Assembly (NCBI GenBank): GCA_963651445.1
Contig: CAVJPU010000002.1
Coordinates: forward strand, 18,232 to 82,231
Direction of reading: 5' to 3'
Origin: a bacterium
GTDB taxonomy: Bacteria > Bacillota_I > Bacilli_A > RFN20 > CAG-826
Length of the DNA: 64,000 nucleotides
The notes under the pieces were generated by a model. The model ran no database searches. It was not told the origin of the DNA and worked only from the letters and a program-made list of their open reading frames with translations. Below, one piece after another: positions 9,026 to 16,683 of the stretch. The position numbers were made by a program, and so were the translations under genes. How positions within the stretch are numbered: position 1 is the stretch's first letter; every line of letters starts with the position of its first letter.

Positions 9026-9667
9026 TTATTTTTCTGCTTTGAGTTGTTCACCCAATGAACCACCAGGATGGTATGCATAAAAATCTTGGCGTTTAAAACC
9101 AATTCGTGAAGATAAATTAATTGCAATAATATCTAGCAAAGCCAATAGCACAGTTGTTGATGTAGTTGGCGCCAATTGGTTCTCATCGCATTCTTTAATG
9201 TGGTCGACACCAAATACAAGATCAAATGGTTTCTGGTGATCATTTGATAATGTAGAATTACAATGTAATAAAACTTGGACAACATTAGGTCGAATAGTTT
9301 TAAGATGGTTAGCCATAAACTGCATTTCTTGGGTCTTACCAGAACGAGAAATATGGACTACAATATCATTAGGCCCAATGAACCCGGCATCACCGTGAGA
9401 ATAGTGACAAGTATTTAGATACATTGAAGGGATACCAAGGCTCGCAAATGATTCTGATGCTTTGGTAGCTAGATTAGAATTTTTACCTACGCCTGTAATA
9501 ATGATCCGACGACTATATGATTCATTAAGCCATGCTGCAGCTGCCAAAGTTTCAATAATTTCTTCAAAATCATCAGCTTTGGCAACAATAGAATTTTTTA
9601 AATGTTCAATACCACGGATCAAATCGTCTGCAGTAGTTAAAGCTGTATTTACATTATTAATTTTCAT
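9026..9667 (-). CDS. SIS-domain sugar-phosphate isomerase, arabinose-5-phosphate-isomerase (KdsD/KpsF core)-like
   Basis: ITGVGKNSNLATKASESFASLGIPSMYLNTCHYSHGDAGFIGPNDIVVHISRSGKTQEM parallels the KdsD block [38 protein letters not shown]...SNSGES.E. There are no CBS domains. Confidence 0.65.
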   Translation of the reverse strand: MKINNVNTALTTADDLIRGIEHLKNSIVAKADDFEEIIETLAAAAWLNESYSRRIIITGVGKNSNLATKASESFASLGIPSMYLNTCHYSHGDAGFIGPNDIVVHISRSGKTQEMQFMANHLKTIRPNVVQVLLHCNSTLSNDHQKPFDLVFGVDHIKECDENQLAPTTSTTVLLALLDIIAINLSSRIGFKRQDFYAYHPGGSLGEQLKAEK

Positions 9668-9728
9668 ATCAAAGTCTCTTAATCAATAGTAAAATTATAC
9701 CATAGTATGTATTACAAGTACAATACTT

Positions 9729-10058
9729 TTAGTAAATGTTTTCGGAAAATAATCTTCCGCCATTAGCCGAATCTCCACCTACACGACATATAATTTGTGA
9801 TGTCGTTATAGCAAGTTTCCATGCTTCTTCTCGTGTCAAGAATCTATATTTGCTGGTTACGAATCCTTGGATTTCAGAGTCCATATCTAAGATTGACTCC
9901 ATTGACTCTATAATGTCCCGCATGCGATTATCATAATGTCGGACACTAGGGATAACCATTCGTTCACCGGTAGAAATATTAATATACGAGTTAGCTGCGC
10001 TAACAATAACTTCTGGGCGCGGCGTGTAAGCGCCATCTGGCAATGAGTCAAGATCCAT
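9729..10058 (-). CDS. hypothetical protein
   Basis: 109-aa ORF, co-oriented with its neighbours. Confidence 0.5.
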   Translation of the reverse strand: MDLDSLPDGAYTPRPEVIVSAANSYINISTGERMVIPSVRHYDNRMRDIIESMESILDMDSEIQGFVTSKYRFLTREEAWKLAITTSQIICRVGGDSANGGRLFSENIY

Positions 10059-10067
10059 GTTAAATCC

Positions 10068-10430
10068 TTAATATGATAAGCCGTTCAATCGTAAACATTC
10101 ACCGTAGATTTTAGAATACGATGACGATTTAATATATCCGTACCGTTTTCTTGTATCTACAATAGCTGTTTGTTGACAAATAGCTCTGGTTAATTCCGCA
10201 ACGTCGATTCCATTGTTTCGTTTAATAGAAGCTTCGCCGGTTTTGTTAATTTCTACAGCTTTATTGATATCTTTTTGCATTTGCACACGATAACTTGTAT
10301 CAACCGGTGTAGAATTGTGTACTTGATACATACATTTCTGCGCTGACCATTCTCTGGGGCAATCATTAAATGTCATCGAATGAGCTGCAGAAGCCAATAC
10401 TAAACATCCTAAAGCTATTAAACTTTTCAT
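10068..10430 (-). CDS. secreted small protein (signal peptide)
   Basis: The internal ATG at 10430 gives MKSLIALGCLVLASAAHS, a signal peptide. It forms an ATGA overlap with the upstream stop. Confidence 0.5.
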   Translation of the reverse strand: MKSLIALGCLVLASAAHSMTFNDCPREWSAQKCMYQVHNSTPVDTSYRVQMQKDINKAVEINKTGEASIKRNNGIDVAELTRAICQQTAIVDTRKRYGYIKSSSYSKIYGECLRLNGLSY

Positions 10431-10720
10431 ACGGCACCTATTGAATTTAACCAAAACGATAATTCGGCAATACCAAATGCTGATCCTAAAACTACCAATG
10501 CACAAAATACCATTGTAGATTTAACCGTGTTATACAGACCTACTGAAATGGCAGCAATTAAAAATGCTATAAACGATAATGCACCAAATGATCCAATTCC
10601 AAGAGCGCATAGAACTAAAGTAGATATAGTAGATAGCGCACCAGTTTTGTAGTGTAGGCACATCATTAATGGCCAAAAGTTTAGAACTAACAATAAAATA
10701 GGGATAAGTATTAAAGACAT
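10427..10720 (-). CDS. polytopic small membrane protein in the position of T4 imm
   Basis: 97 aa, almost entirely hydrophobic helices, located between gene 42 and gene 43 like T4 imm. Assignment is by position only. Confidence 0.4.
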   Translation of the reverse strand: MSLILIPILLLVLNFWPLMMCLHYKTGALSTISTLVLCALGIGSFGALSFIAFLIAAISVGLYNTVKSTMVFCALVVLGSAFGIAELSFWLNSIGAV

Positions 10721-10738
10721 AATAGCCTCTCAAAATGT

Positions 10739-11047
10739 TTATGATTTGATAAATCTCTCATCAAATGCTAATAGTAATTTGTCTGCAATTACAACACTGC
10801 CGGCAATCGATGAGCCCCGTTGACGTTCTGCTAAAAGACCTCTAATCCAAAGATCACAACGTGCATATTCTATCGAAGTATTAAGCTTTTGCGGCAATTG
10901 ACTAATAGGGTCTACAGCCTTCTCGTCTATATACTTTATACGTGCAGACGAATCGATAATAGATACATGACCACAATATTTACAAATAAATGTAGTTGTA
11001 CTAGAACTGACCGAATCTGAATTAACTTCAATGTGCTGGCATGGCAT
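10739..11047 (-). CDS. hypothetical protein with a CxxC pair
   Basis: 102-aa ORF containing ICKYCGH. Confidence 0.5.
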   Translation of the reverse strand: MPCQHIEVNSDSVSSSTTTFICKYCGHVSIIDSSARIKYIDEKAVDPISQLPQKLNTSIEYARCDLWIRGLLAERQRGSSIAGSVVIADKLLLAFDERFIKS

Positions 11048-11086
11048 ATTTATTTCCTCATCATAATTTAATGATTATATTATATA

Positions 11087-11116
11087 ACAAAAATAGGGAA
11101 GTGTACACTTCCCTAT
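11087..11116 (-). terminator. intrinsic terminator after 43B
   Basis: An 11-bp stem, ATAGGGAAGTG/CACTTCCCTAT, is followed by ATTTTTGT on the minus strand. Confidence 0.6.
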
Positions 11117-11120
11117 AAAA

Positions 11121-12293
11121 TTAAATTCCAAAAAGATCTGCTAATGATGCCCGTTTTTCAAATTGCAGACCATTTGCATCACACATACCTGACAGTGGCT
11201 TCTTAAATGCCTTTTCAAACATTAAAGGAATATCGACATGTTGTAAAACACTAGCTCGAATTTCTTTTGGTAATTCCGTGCCAGATTGCCAAGCAATCAT
11301 TTTATCACCAAAGATATTGCCGGCTTTTAATGGAAGAACCATAACTTTGTCACCTTCAGATATATCCGGCATATTTTCGAATGATTTGACCGCTCGACGA
11401 TATGTTAAAACACCTCGGACATGTGATGGGCATTTTAATCCAGGGAATCCGTTATCGTCGTATTTTGCAATATTATTTGCAGTTTTAACGCCTGCAATAA
11501 CTTTGTAATCAAGCTCTCTGAATTCTTGCTCAAACTTCTTATAATATTTTTGAAGTGGAGCTTCACCTTCTTGTAACATGATACGAATAGATTCATACAA
11601 TGCATCTTGGACTGCTTTAGGTGTAGAAGAAGACTGTGTTTCGATACCCATGATTTTTAGATGCGGTTCGGCATAACGTGTGCCTTCCATATCGTACACA
11701 TTAAGTGCATATCGTTTCTTAGCTTTCCAGAATCCGCCAATACCATTAGAACCTAGAGGTGGACAAGCAATTGCTTCTCTATCCATGAACATTAATTGTT
11801 CATAACTGTTTAGATATTCGGCTAATTCTTTAAAACCCTCCATAATTACCGGTTCGATCTTCTTAGAACCCACGGCATCCAAGAAGTCTACGAGTTTTTC
11901 TGTACTGTTAAAGCGATCAATGCCAACTTTGTCAATAAGCGGAGATAATTCAATATATAACGAATCCGTATCGCCATAAATGACGTATGGATGATCGGAC
12001 GTTCCACACATATTATCTAGATATGCATTGATTTTACGTTCGGTCCATTGCAGTACCAATTGGCCGAACATTGTAATCGCTTCAGCATTTCTAAGATCGT
12101 AAAAACGAAAATAAATTGTACCTAGACATCCATATAATGAGTTAATAAGAAGTTTTCGGTTAATCTGATTCGTGTCGCCTAATACGATACAATCGTCCGA
12201 TTGAGCTAAAAGCAAAGTCAATTCATCTTTACTTAGTGTCTTTAGATATTCAATATCATCTTCACTAAGGTCTTCAAAAAAATTCAACTGCAT
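11121..12293 (-). CDS. 43: DNA polymerase (PolB family) C-terminal subunit: fingers tip, palm motif C and thumb (gp43B)
   Basis: Motif B KLLINSLYGCLG, motif C YGDTDS and a T4-like C-terminus. It starts with its own ATG 2.8 kb downstream of 43A. Confidence 0.9.
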   Translation of the reverse strand: MQLNFFEDLSEDDIEYLKTLSKDELTLLLAQSDDCIVLGDTNQINRKLLINSLYGCLGTIYFRFYDLRNAEAITMFGQLVLQWTERKINAYLDNMCGTSDHPYVIYGDTDSLYIELSPLIDKVGIDRFNSTEKLVDFLDAVGSKKIEPVIMEGFKELAEYLNSYEQLMFMDREAIACPPLGSNGIGGFWKAKKRYALNVYDMEGTRYAEPHLKIMGIETQSSSTPKAVQDALYESIRIMLQEGEAPLQKYYKKFEQEFRELDYKVIAGVKTANNIAKYDDNGFPGLKCPSHVRGVLTYRRAVKSFENMPDISEGDKVMVLPLKAGNIFGDKMIAWQSGTELPKEIRASVLQHVDIPLMFEKAFKKPLSGMCDANGLQFEKRASLADLFGI

Positions 12294-12314
12294 AATTTCT
12301 CCAAGTATTAATTA

Positions 12315-12346
12315 GATACCTTTAATTATAATATATTAAAGGTATC
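12315..12346 (-). promoter_or_regulatory. 12-bp perfect hairpin about 20 nt upstream of the 43B start
   Basis: GATACCTTTAAT - TATAATAT - ATTAAAGGTATC. It lies between the stop of ORF 12356..12748 and the GGAGAA Shine-Dalgarno of 43B. Confidence 0.45.
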
Positions 12347-12355
12347 GCAATAGAA

Positions 12356-12748
12356 TTATTTTGTTAAATCTACTTTAACGTTAAGATATCCGTATCGGAT
12401 ATGTTCAATTTGATCCATGGCACCCATGTCTTTGACGATTTCTAACAAAAGTGCTAAACGAAGGCGAGTTTCATAAATTTCATCTTCATAATCTGCTCGG
12501 CTGAATCGCTGGCAATATTCGTTATACGTCAAATCAAATACTTCTTTATCTAACTTAGTGTTTAACACATCTATATATTTTTTATCCAACATAAGTTTAT
12601 CTCTAACTACTTCTATGCCACTAGTATATTTGTCAACCGGTGATTGACAAACTTTGGGTTGTGTTTGGGCCATTGTAAATTCTAACGGCTCTTTTGGAGA
12701 ATAAATTCCTTCTAGCCATTGTTCGGCTAACGATTTAGATTTGCTCAT
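12356..12748 (-). CDS. hypothetical protein (polymerase-split cargo)
   Basis: ATG at 12748 (MSKSKSLAEQW) forms an ATGA overlap with the upstream stop. Confidence 0.55.
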   Translation of the reverse strand: MSKSKSLAEQWLEGIYSPKEPLEFTMAQTQPKVCQSPVDKYTSGIEVVRDKLMLDKKYIDVLNTKLDKEVFDLTYNEYCQRFSRADYEDEIYETRLRLALLLEIVKDMGAMDQIEHIRYGYLNVKVDLTK

Positions 12749-13233
12749 TTGAACCACCATGGTTGATTCCTATTTTTCCATTCTGCTAAATTACGTTTTT
12801 CGTTTATATAAAGATTCCTATACGAGCTAATAACACCCAAATCGGATTTAGACTTATCGACAGGTTGACCAGGAAGAACAGCTACAAAAGTAGTCCTAGT
12901 GCCAGTGCCTACAGGAATTTTGTCCAATAAGTCTATAAATAATGGGATTAATCGAGCTCCAGCATGAACTTTACCGTAACGATATGTGTATTCTGAGAGT
13001 AATGCAATGTTTAAGTTTAATAAGAATTCGAAGTTTTCACGTGATTCCCGGACCCAAACTGCACTAGGATGATGTACATGGGTCTTTTTGTAAAGACCTG
13101 TAGTATCCAAACCGAACACATGGCAAGCTGTAGAAAGTAACTGATTGTATTCAGTTATCATTTTGACTACGTGCTTGTTACCATGATATCTAGCGCATGT
13201 ATCGATATCAGAATCAAGTAAAAATATATTCAT
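12745..13233 (-). CDS. conserved-looking hypothetical protein (polymerase-split cargo)
   Basis: 162-aa ORF, MNIFLLDSDIDTCARYHGNKHVVKMITEYNQLL..., with its own early-type promoter. Confidence 0.6.
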   Translation of the reverse strand: MNIFLLDSDIDTCARYHGNKHVVKMITEYNQLLSTACHVFGLDTTGLYKKTHVHHPSAVWVRESRENFEFLLNLNIALLSEYTYRYGKVHAGARLIPLFIDLLDKIPVGTGTRTTFVAVLPGQPVDKSKSDLGVISSYRNLYINEKRNLAEWKNRNQPWWFK

Positions 13234-13262
13234 AATAATTCCATCATCATTTTGTAGTTTCT

Positions 13263-13292
13263 ATTATACCATACGTAGAAAATAAAGTAAAC
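13263..13292 (-). promoter_or_regulatory. T4 early-type promoter
   Basis: The minus strand reads GTTTAC TTTATTTTCTACGTATGG TATAAT. Confidence 0.5.
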
Positions 13293-13302
13293 ATCCAAAG
13301 GA

Positions 13303-13536
13303 CTACTTTATTCGTCCATTATAAACATTTTTACCAGCTATAGGAGGATAACTTTCAAATCTTTCGCGTGATTTTGTTCCACACTCTAGACATGTGGTAT
13401 ATCTAATGGAACATTTATATGCATTGCTTTGTGTCACACTGCCATTAACACTTTCTGACCAACGATCCCAATAATGGATAAGTTCTTCGCGCCGGCTGGC
13501 GTGTTTACAAGTAAATAGCCTGAATAATTTAAACAT
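13303..13536 (-). CDS. hypothetical protein with Cys pairs (possible zinc ribbon)
   Basis: 77-aa ORF containing CKH...CLECG. It overlaps the upstream gene end. Confidence 0.5.
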   Translation of the reverse strand: MFKLFRLFTCKHASRREELIHYWDRWSESVNGSVTQSNAYKCSIRYTTCLECGTKSRERFESYPPIAGKNVYNGRIK

Positions 13537-13819
13537 TATTACACCCGGATGCGATGATATCTAGAACATGTTTGAAACATTTATCGTGTATATCTAAATC
13601 ATGACGAAGTCGTTCGATAATAGGAAACGCAATGTTTTGATCAGAAATGCTGACCGGTTCAGGGTCCCAAAACCCACCGAGTGTACATTTAGAAGAAGGT
13701 CCAAACACCTCATTAAACTGACGTTCAATTGCATCAAATAAAATAGTATCCATCGTATTCGCATTAGAGTTAATAGGAGTTGAATCCTGAATGGCTCGTG
13801 TTAAAGAATTTTGTTTCAT
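13529..13819 (-). CDS. hypothetical protein
   Basis: 96-aa ORF with an early-type promoter upstream. Confidence 0.5.
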   Translation of the reverse strand: MKQNSLTRAIQDSTPINSNANTMDTILFDAIERQFNEVFGPSSKCTLGGFWDPEPVSISDQNIAFPIIERLRHDLDIHDKCFKHVLDIIASGCNNV

Positions 13820-13847
13820 AATTTAATACTCATTAGTTGATAAATCT

Positions 13848-13877
13848 ATAATATCAAATAATCAAAAGAAAGTAAAC
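13848..13877 (-). promoter_or_regulatory. T4 early-type promoter
   Basis: The minus strand reads GTTTAC TTTCTTTTGATTATTTGA TATTAT. Confidence 0.45.
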
Positions 13878-13881
13878 AGTT

Positions 13882-13910
13882 AAAAGCACAAATGGAGCCT
13901 AATGGCTCCA
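13882..13910 (-). terminator. intrinsic terminator
   Basis: Stem TGGAGCC/GGCTCCA is followed by TTTGTGCTTTT on the minus strand. Confidence 0.5.
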
Positions 13911-13925
13911 ATGTTAACATTTAGT

Positions 13926-14123
13926 TTAAAACATTCCATCAACAGTTGCAGTGCCTGCTTCAATAGGATTTTTAAACATTACACATCCGCAGATAAAGCC
14001 GCAGATGAATAGTAGTGGAACACATACACCAAGACCTATGATAATACGATATATCAATTCAACACGTTTAGCTAATGTTTCGTGTTCTTCCCAAGCGTGT
14101 TCAATTTGTTTAAAAATGTTCAT
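13926..14123 (-). CDS. small membrane protein
   Basis: 65 aa with one hydrophobic helix (IIGLGVCVPLLFICGFICGCV). Confidence 0.5.
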   Translation of the reverse strand: MNIFKQIEHAWEEHETLAKRVELIYRIIIGLGVCVPLLFICGFICGCVMFKNPIEAGTATVDGMF

Positions 14124-14206
14124 TTTGGTTTACCTTTTGATGAAAAATATTTTTTGAGCAATTCTAACTGCTCATTGGTAAATGGCGAACTAGGATTAAA
14201 ACTCAT
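14120..14206 (-). CDS. 28-aa ORF translationally coupled on both sides
   Basis: Translation MSFNPSSPFTNEQLELLKKYFSSKGKPK, with ATGA overlaps at both ends. Below the track threshold. Confidence 0.25.
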   Translation of the reverse strand: MSFNPSSPFTNEQLELLKKYFSSKGKPK

Positions 14207-14505
14207 AGTCCAATTTCCTGCGCGGCCTGTCTAAATATGGCATTAATATTTAGATCAGCTTGTACCGAAGTTCGCACAGAAGTCATTATTTTTTCCACGT
14301 TATCCAACGTGGAGTGCTTCGCACGAATCGTCTTTTGTACATTATCTTTTACCATAGTAAAAGCACTAAAAAATCCAATATAACGAGGAGCTTTAAATGC
14401 TTCTGCTACATGATCCATCCATTCTACAACGAATTCTGATTCAATTTCGGATATTTTAAAAATACCGTCGTTAATATTATTAACTTGATTACCGTTGTAC
14501 TTCAT
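14203..14505 (-). CDS. hypothetical protein
   Basis: The track start is a GTG inside the repeat hairpins. ATG at 14505 (MKYNGNQ...) with a GGAG Shine-Dalgarno is preferred. Confidence 0.5.
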   Translation of the reverse strand: MKYNGNQVNNINDGIFKISEIESEFVVEWMDHVAEAFKAPRYIGFFSAFTMVKDNVQKTIRAKHSTLDNVEKIMTSVRTSVQADLNINAIFRQAAQEIGL

Positions 14506-14527
14506 ACCAATCTCCGTTAAATTATCA

Positions 14528-14693
14528 AATACAATTAATATCGGGACTGCGTCCCGCACGTCTTCGACGTGACATTTAGAACTTCTACTGTTATAATATC
14601 TAATACATCTAGAACAAACTGTCTAGCCCGTAGATAGATATCTGAAGGGACTAAGGGGTGAACCCATTATATGTATATTACACTAACTTTTTT
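14528..14693 (-). repeat. structured ~165-bp cassette, copy A (putative small RNA or regulatory cassette)
   Basis: Its reverse complement is roughly 80 percent identical by eye to 47824..47986. It has TATAAT at the 5' end and twin GC hairpins CACGTCGAAGACGTG and CGGGACGCAGTCCCG at the 3' end. Confidence 0.7.
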
Positions 14694-14719
14694 GAAAGCA
14701 ATAGAATGCTTTCAAAAAA
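14688..14719. other. 13-bp A/T-flanked hairpin
   Basis: TTTTTTGAAAGCA - ATAGAA - TGCTTTCAAAAAA. Confidence 0.5.
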
Positions 14720-14752
14720 TTGATCAAAAAATAGACGTTCAAATGCAGCAAT

Positions 14753-14768
14753 GGGCCCAAAAGGGCCC
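14753..14768. other. GGGCCC-AAAA-GGGCCC hairpin after ORF 14781..15059
   Basis: Read directly. The same GGGCCC hairpin type serves as the terminator at 58441. Confidence 0.45.
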
Positions 14769-14780
14769 AAATTAAAGCAA

Positions 14781-15059
14781 TTAGAACATCCGTACTGCCG
14801 ATGTTAACGGTAAAATCTCATTTGATATTTTAGTTAATGTCATCGAATTAATTGGCTCGAATACGTACTTGTGAATGATATTTTCGATTCCAATAAAGAT
14901 AACACGATTTGACTCTCGGCCATAAGTACTAATATCAGCATCAATTTTAACAGTACCGGATTTAAATGTAATGGTTACAGCACCGTGAACAATGCGTGCA
15001 TCTGCAGAACGAGTGGCCCGTGAATCGATAATAGGTGAAAATATATTTAAGTTTGACAT
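14781..15059 (-). CDS. hypothetical protein (first gene of the polymerase-split cargo)
   Basis: 92-aa ORF with an early-type promoter immediately upstream. Confidence 0.5.
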   Translation of the reverse strand: MSNLNIFSPIIDSRATRSADARIVHGAVTITFKSGTVKIDADISTYGRESNRVIFIGIENIIHKYVFEPINSMTLTKISNEILPLTSAVRMF

Positions 15060-15086
15060 ATGTATCTTCCATTAGATTATGAGGTT

Positions 15087-15116
15087 ATTATATCAATAAC
15101 CTCTTATAAAGTAAAC
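15087..15116 (-). promoter_or_regulatory. T4 early-type promoter directly after the 43A stop
   Basis: The minus strand reads GTTTAC TTTATAAGAGGTTATTGA TATAAT. Confidence 0.5.
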
Positions 15117-15119
15117 AAA

Positions 15120-16634
15120 TTATTTAGATTCTAGAATCTTTTTAATAACTTCCGAATTACGTTTAGCTGCCATCATCTTGGCCTTCCATTCTTTACGTTG
15201 GAAGAATACTTTTGCAATTTCTTTAGGAATAATTCCTTGCTTGTCTTTAGAATACATCATTCCACTAGGAGAACAACTAAATTCATCAGAAATCTTTGGA
15301 GCTGTTTTCGTAATATAATCCATCAATGGTGCCGGCACAGATTGTCCTGCAATAGTTTCTGGGCTAATATTAACCTGTCGAATGATCGATGGGTATAGAG
15401 ATGTTACGTCGAATGATAAAACATATTTGTATGCACCAGGTTTAGGTACTTTGACATACGCACCAACGTACGGGGTTTTAACGTGAGATTTAACTTCAGG
15501 CATAACAAGATTATCAGCCTTTAATGAGTTAAAAATAATGGCATCCCAAGTTTTTACAGGACTCATAACCGATTGAATATTCATCTTAGCGTAATACGCC
15601 ATAGAAATAGATAGATTAATAAATCCACGTTTCTTATCAATCATTTGCACACAGTGTACATCGATAATGTTATACGAAATATACCGTTGATGATTCAACC
15701 CACGAAGTTTATTAATTGGGCCATCATATTCCAATTTGTTCATCTTAACTTCGTATTCCGCGATATAATCTAACTTATATGTTGGTTGCGTTGTAAATGA
15801 GAACTTTTTATATAAGTCCAAATAATCTAAAATTTGGATTCCAGAAATGGTAAAGATTTCTTTATCACCATAAATGTTTTGAATAACTTTAGATGTGATT
15901 CGATTAAAAGGGCTTATTTGATTAGCAAATGATGGACCTAACGTATTTTTGATTCGATTAATAATGTACGGAATATCGAATCCTTCTACGTTCCATCCGG
16001 TGAAAATAACCGGCGGATGCTCTTTCCAGAATCTAACGTATTCCACTAACATTTCTTTTTCAGTTTCGAATGAAAAATACACGACTTTGTCTAAAATTTC
16101 TTGATCTACTTCATCGCCACCCTGTTCTTTTGGAAGTGCAGCTAATTTCTTGTCCCATTTCGTTACACGCCCATAAGCAGAATTCAACAAATCAAAAACA
16201 AAATACTTATCTTCGATAGAATCGTAATGCGTGATTGCATCGATTTCATACTTAGCAAATTGTGGATCTGGGAATTCGGCAGCTGTCACCTCAATGTCAC
16301 AGTTTGCAACACGGATTGCATCACGAGAATATGTGATTTCTTTTTCTTTATACGTGTCGGCAATGTACGCTAATCTAAAGTCATCTTGCCCAAGAACTTC
16401 TGTAATACCAGAAGATTTTTGGATCCATTCATTTGCTTCTTTAATTGTACGGAAACGCTTTGGCATACATGGCTTGCCGTAAATGTCAGAATATTTTGTA
16501 TCAAAACCAGGTTGAACATGTGTAAACATTGTCGGTTGATACACAACTTCACGCTGTTTTTCTACGCCATCTTCAATATAACGTTCTTTAATCAAGTCAC
16601 CGTATTTTTCTACAACCAGATAAAACTTACTCAT
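15120..16634 (-). CDS. 43: DNA polymerase (PolB family) N-terminal subunit: N-domain, 3'-5' exonuclease, palm motif A and start of fingers (gp43A)
   Basis: Contains Exo I CDIEV, Exo II TGWNVEGFDIPY and motif A SFDVTSLYPS. It ends ...FFQRKEWKAKMMAAKRNSEVIKKILESK, just before the position of motif B. Confidence 0.9.
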   Translation of the reverse strand: MSKFYLVVEKYGDLIKERYIEDGVEKQREVVYQPTMFTHVQPGFDTKYSDIYGKPCMPKRFRTIKEANEWIQKSSGITEVLGQDDFRLAYIADTYKEKEITYSRDAIRVANCDIEVTAAEFPDPQFAKYEIDAITHYDSIEDKYFVFDLLNSAYGRVTKWDKKLAALPKEQGGDEVDQEILDKVVYFSFETEKEMLVEYVRFWKEHPPVIFTGWNVEGFDIPYIINRIKNTLGPSFANQISPFNRITSKVIQNIYGDKEIFTISGIQILDYLDLYKKFSFTTQPTYKLDYIAEYEVKMNKLEYDGPINKLRGLNHQRYISYNIIDVHCVQMIDKKRGFINLSISMAYYAKMNIQSVMSPVKTWDAIIFNSLKADNLVMPEVKSHVKTPYVGAYVKVPKPGAYKYVLSFDVTSLYPSIIRQVNISPETIAGQSVPAPLMDYITKTAPKISDEFSCSPSGMMYSKDKQGIIPKEIAKVFFQRKEWKAKMMAAKRNSEVIKKILESK

Positions 16635-16683
16635 AAAATTTCCTCATTAATTTCAATTAATTATATTACAAAGATTTAAATAG

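Noticed and set aside
14620-14668. A micro-ORF starting at the ATG inside TATAATGGG of the repeated cassette: MGSPLSPFRYLSTG in copy A and MGSPLSSIQYLS in copy B (47848-47886).
   Set aside because: There is no Shine-Dalgarno. The apparent peptide similarity is explained by about 67 percent nucleotide identity with an indel that shifts frame. The well-conserved 3' part of the element is in different frames in the two copies. Conservation therefore looks to be at the nucleic-acid level. A leaderless peptide is not strictly excluded.
14203-14668. In copy A the micro-ORF ends in TAG and continues in frame into ORF 14203..14505, which suggests amber readthrough by the CUA tRNA.
   Set aside because: The in-frame arrangement has a one-in-three chance. 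The readthrough segment would be translated through the conserved hairpins, and copy B has TAA and no downstream gene. This is speculation without support.
12294-15119. An intein or a self-splicing group I intron as the cause of the polymerase interruption.
   Set aside because: 43A ends at a stop codon and 43B has its own Shine-Dalgarno and ATG. The insert contains independent promoters, terminators and eight ORFs, and no intein blocks or homing-endonuclease motifs were seen. An intron cannot be fully excluded by eye, but the architecture argues against it.
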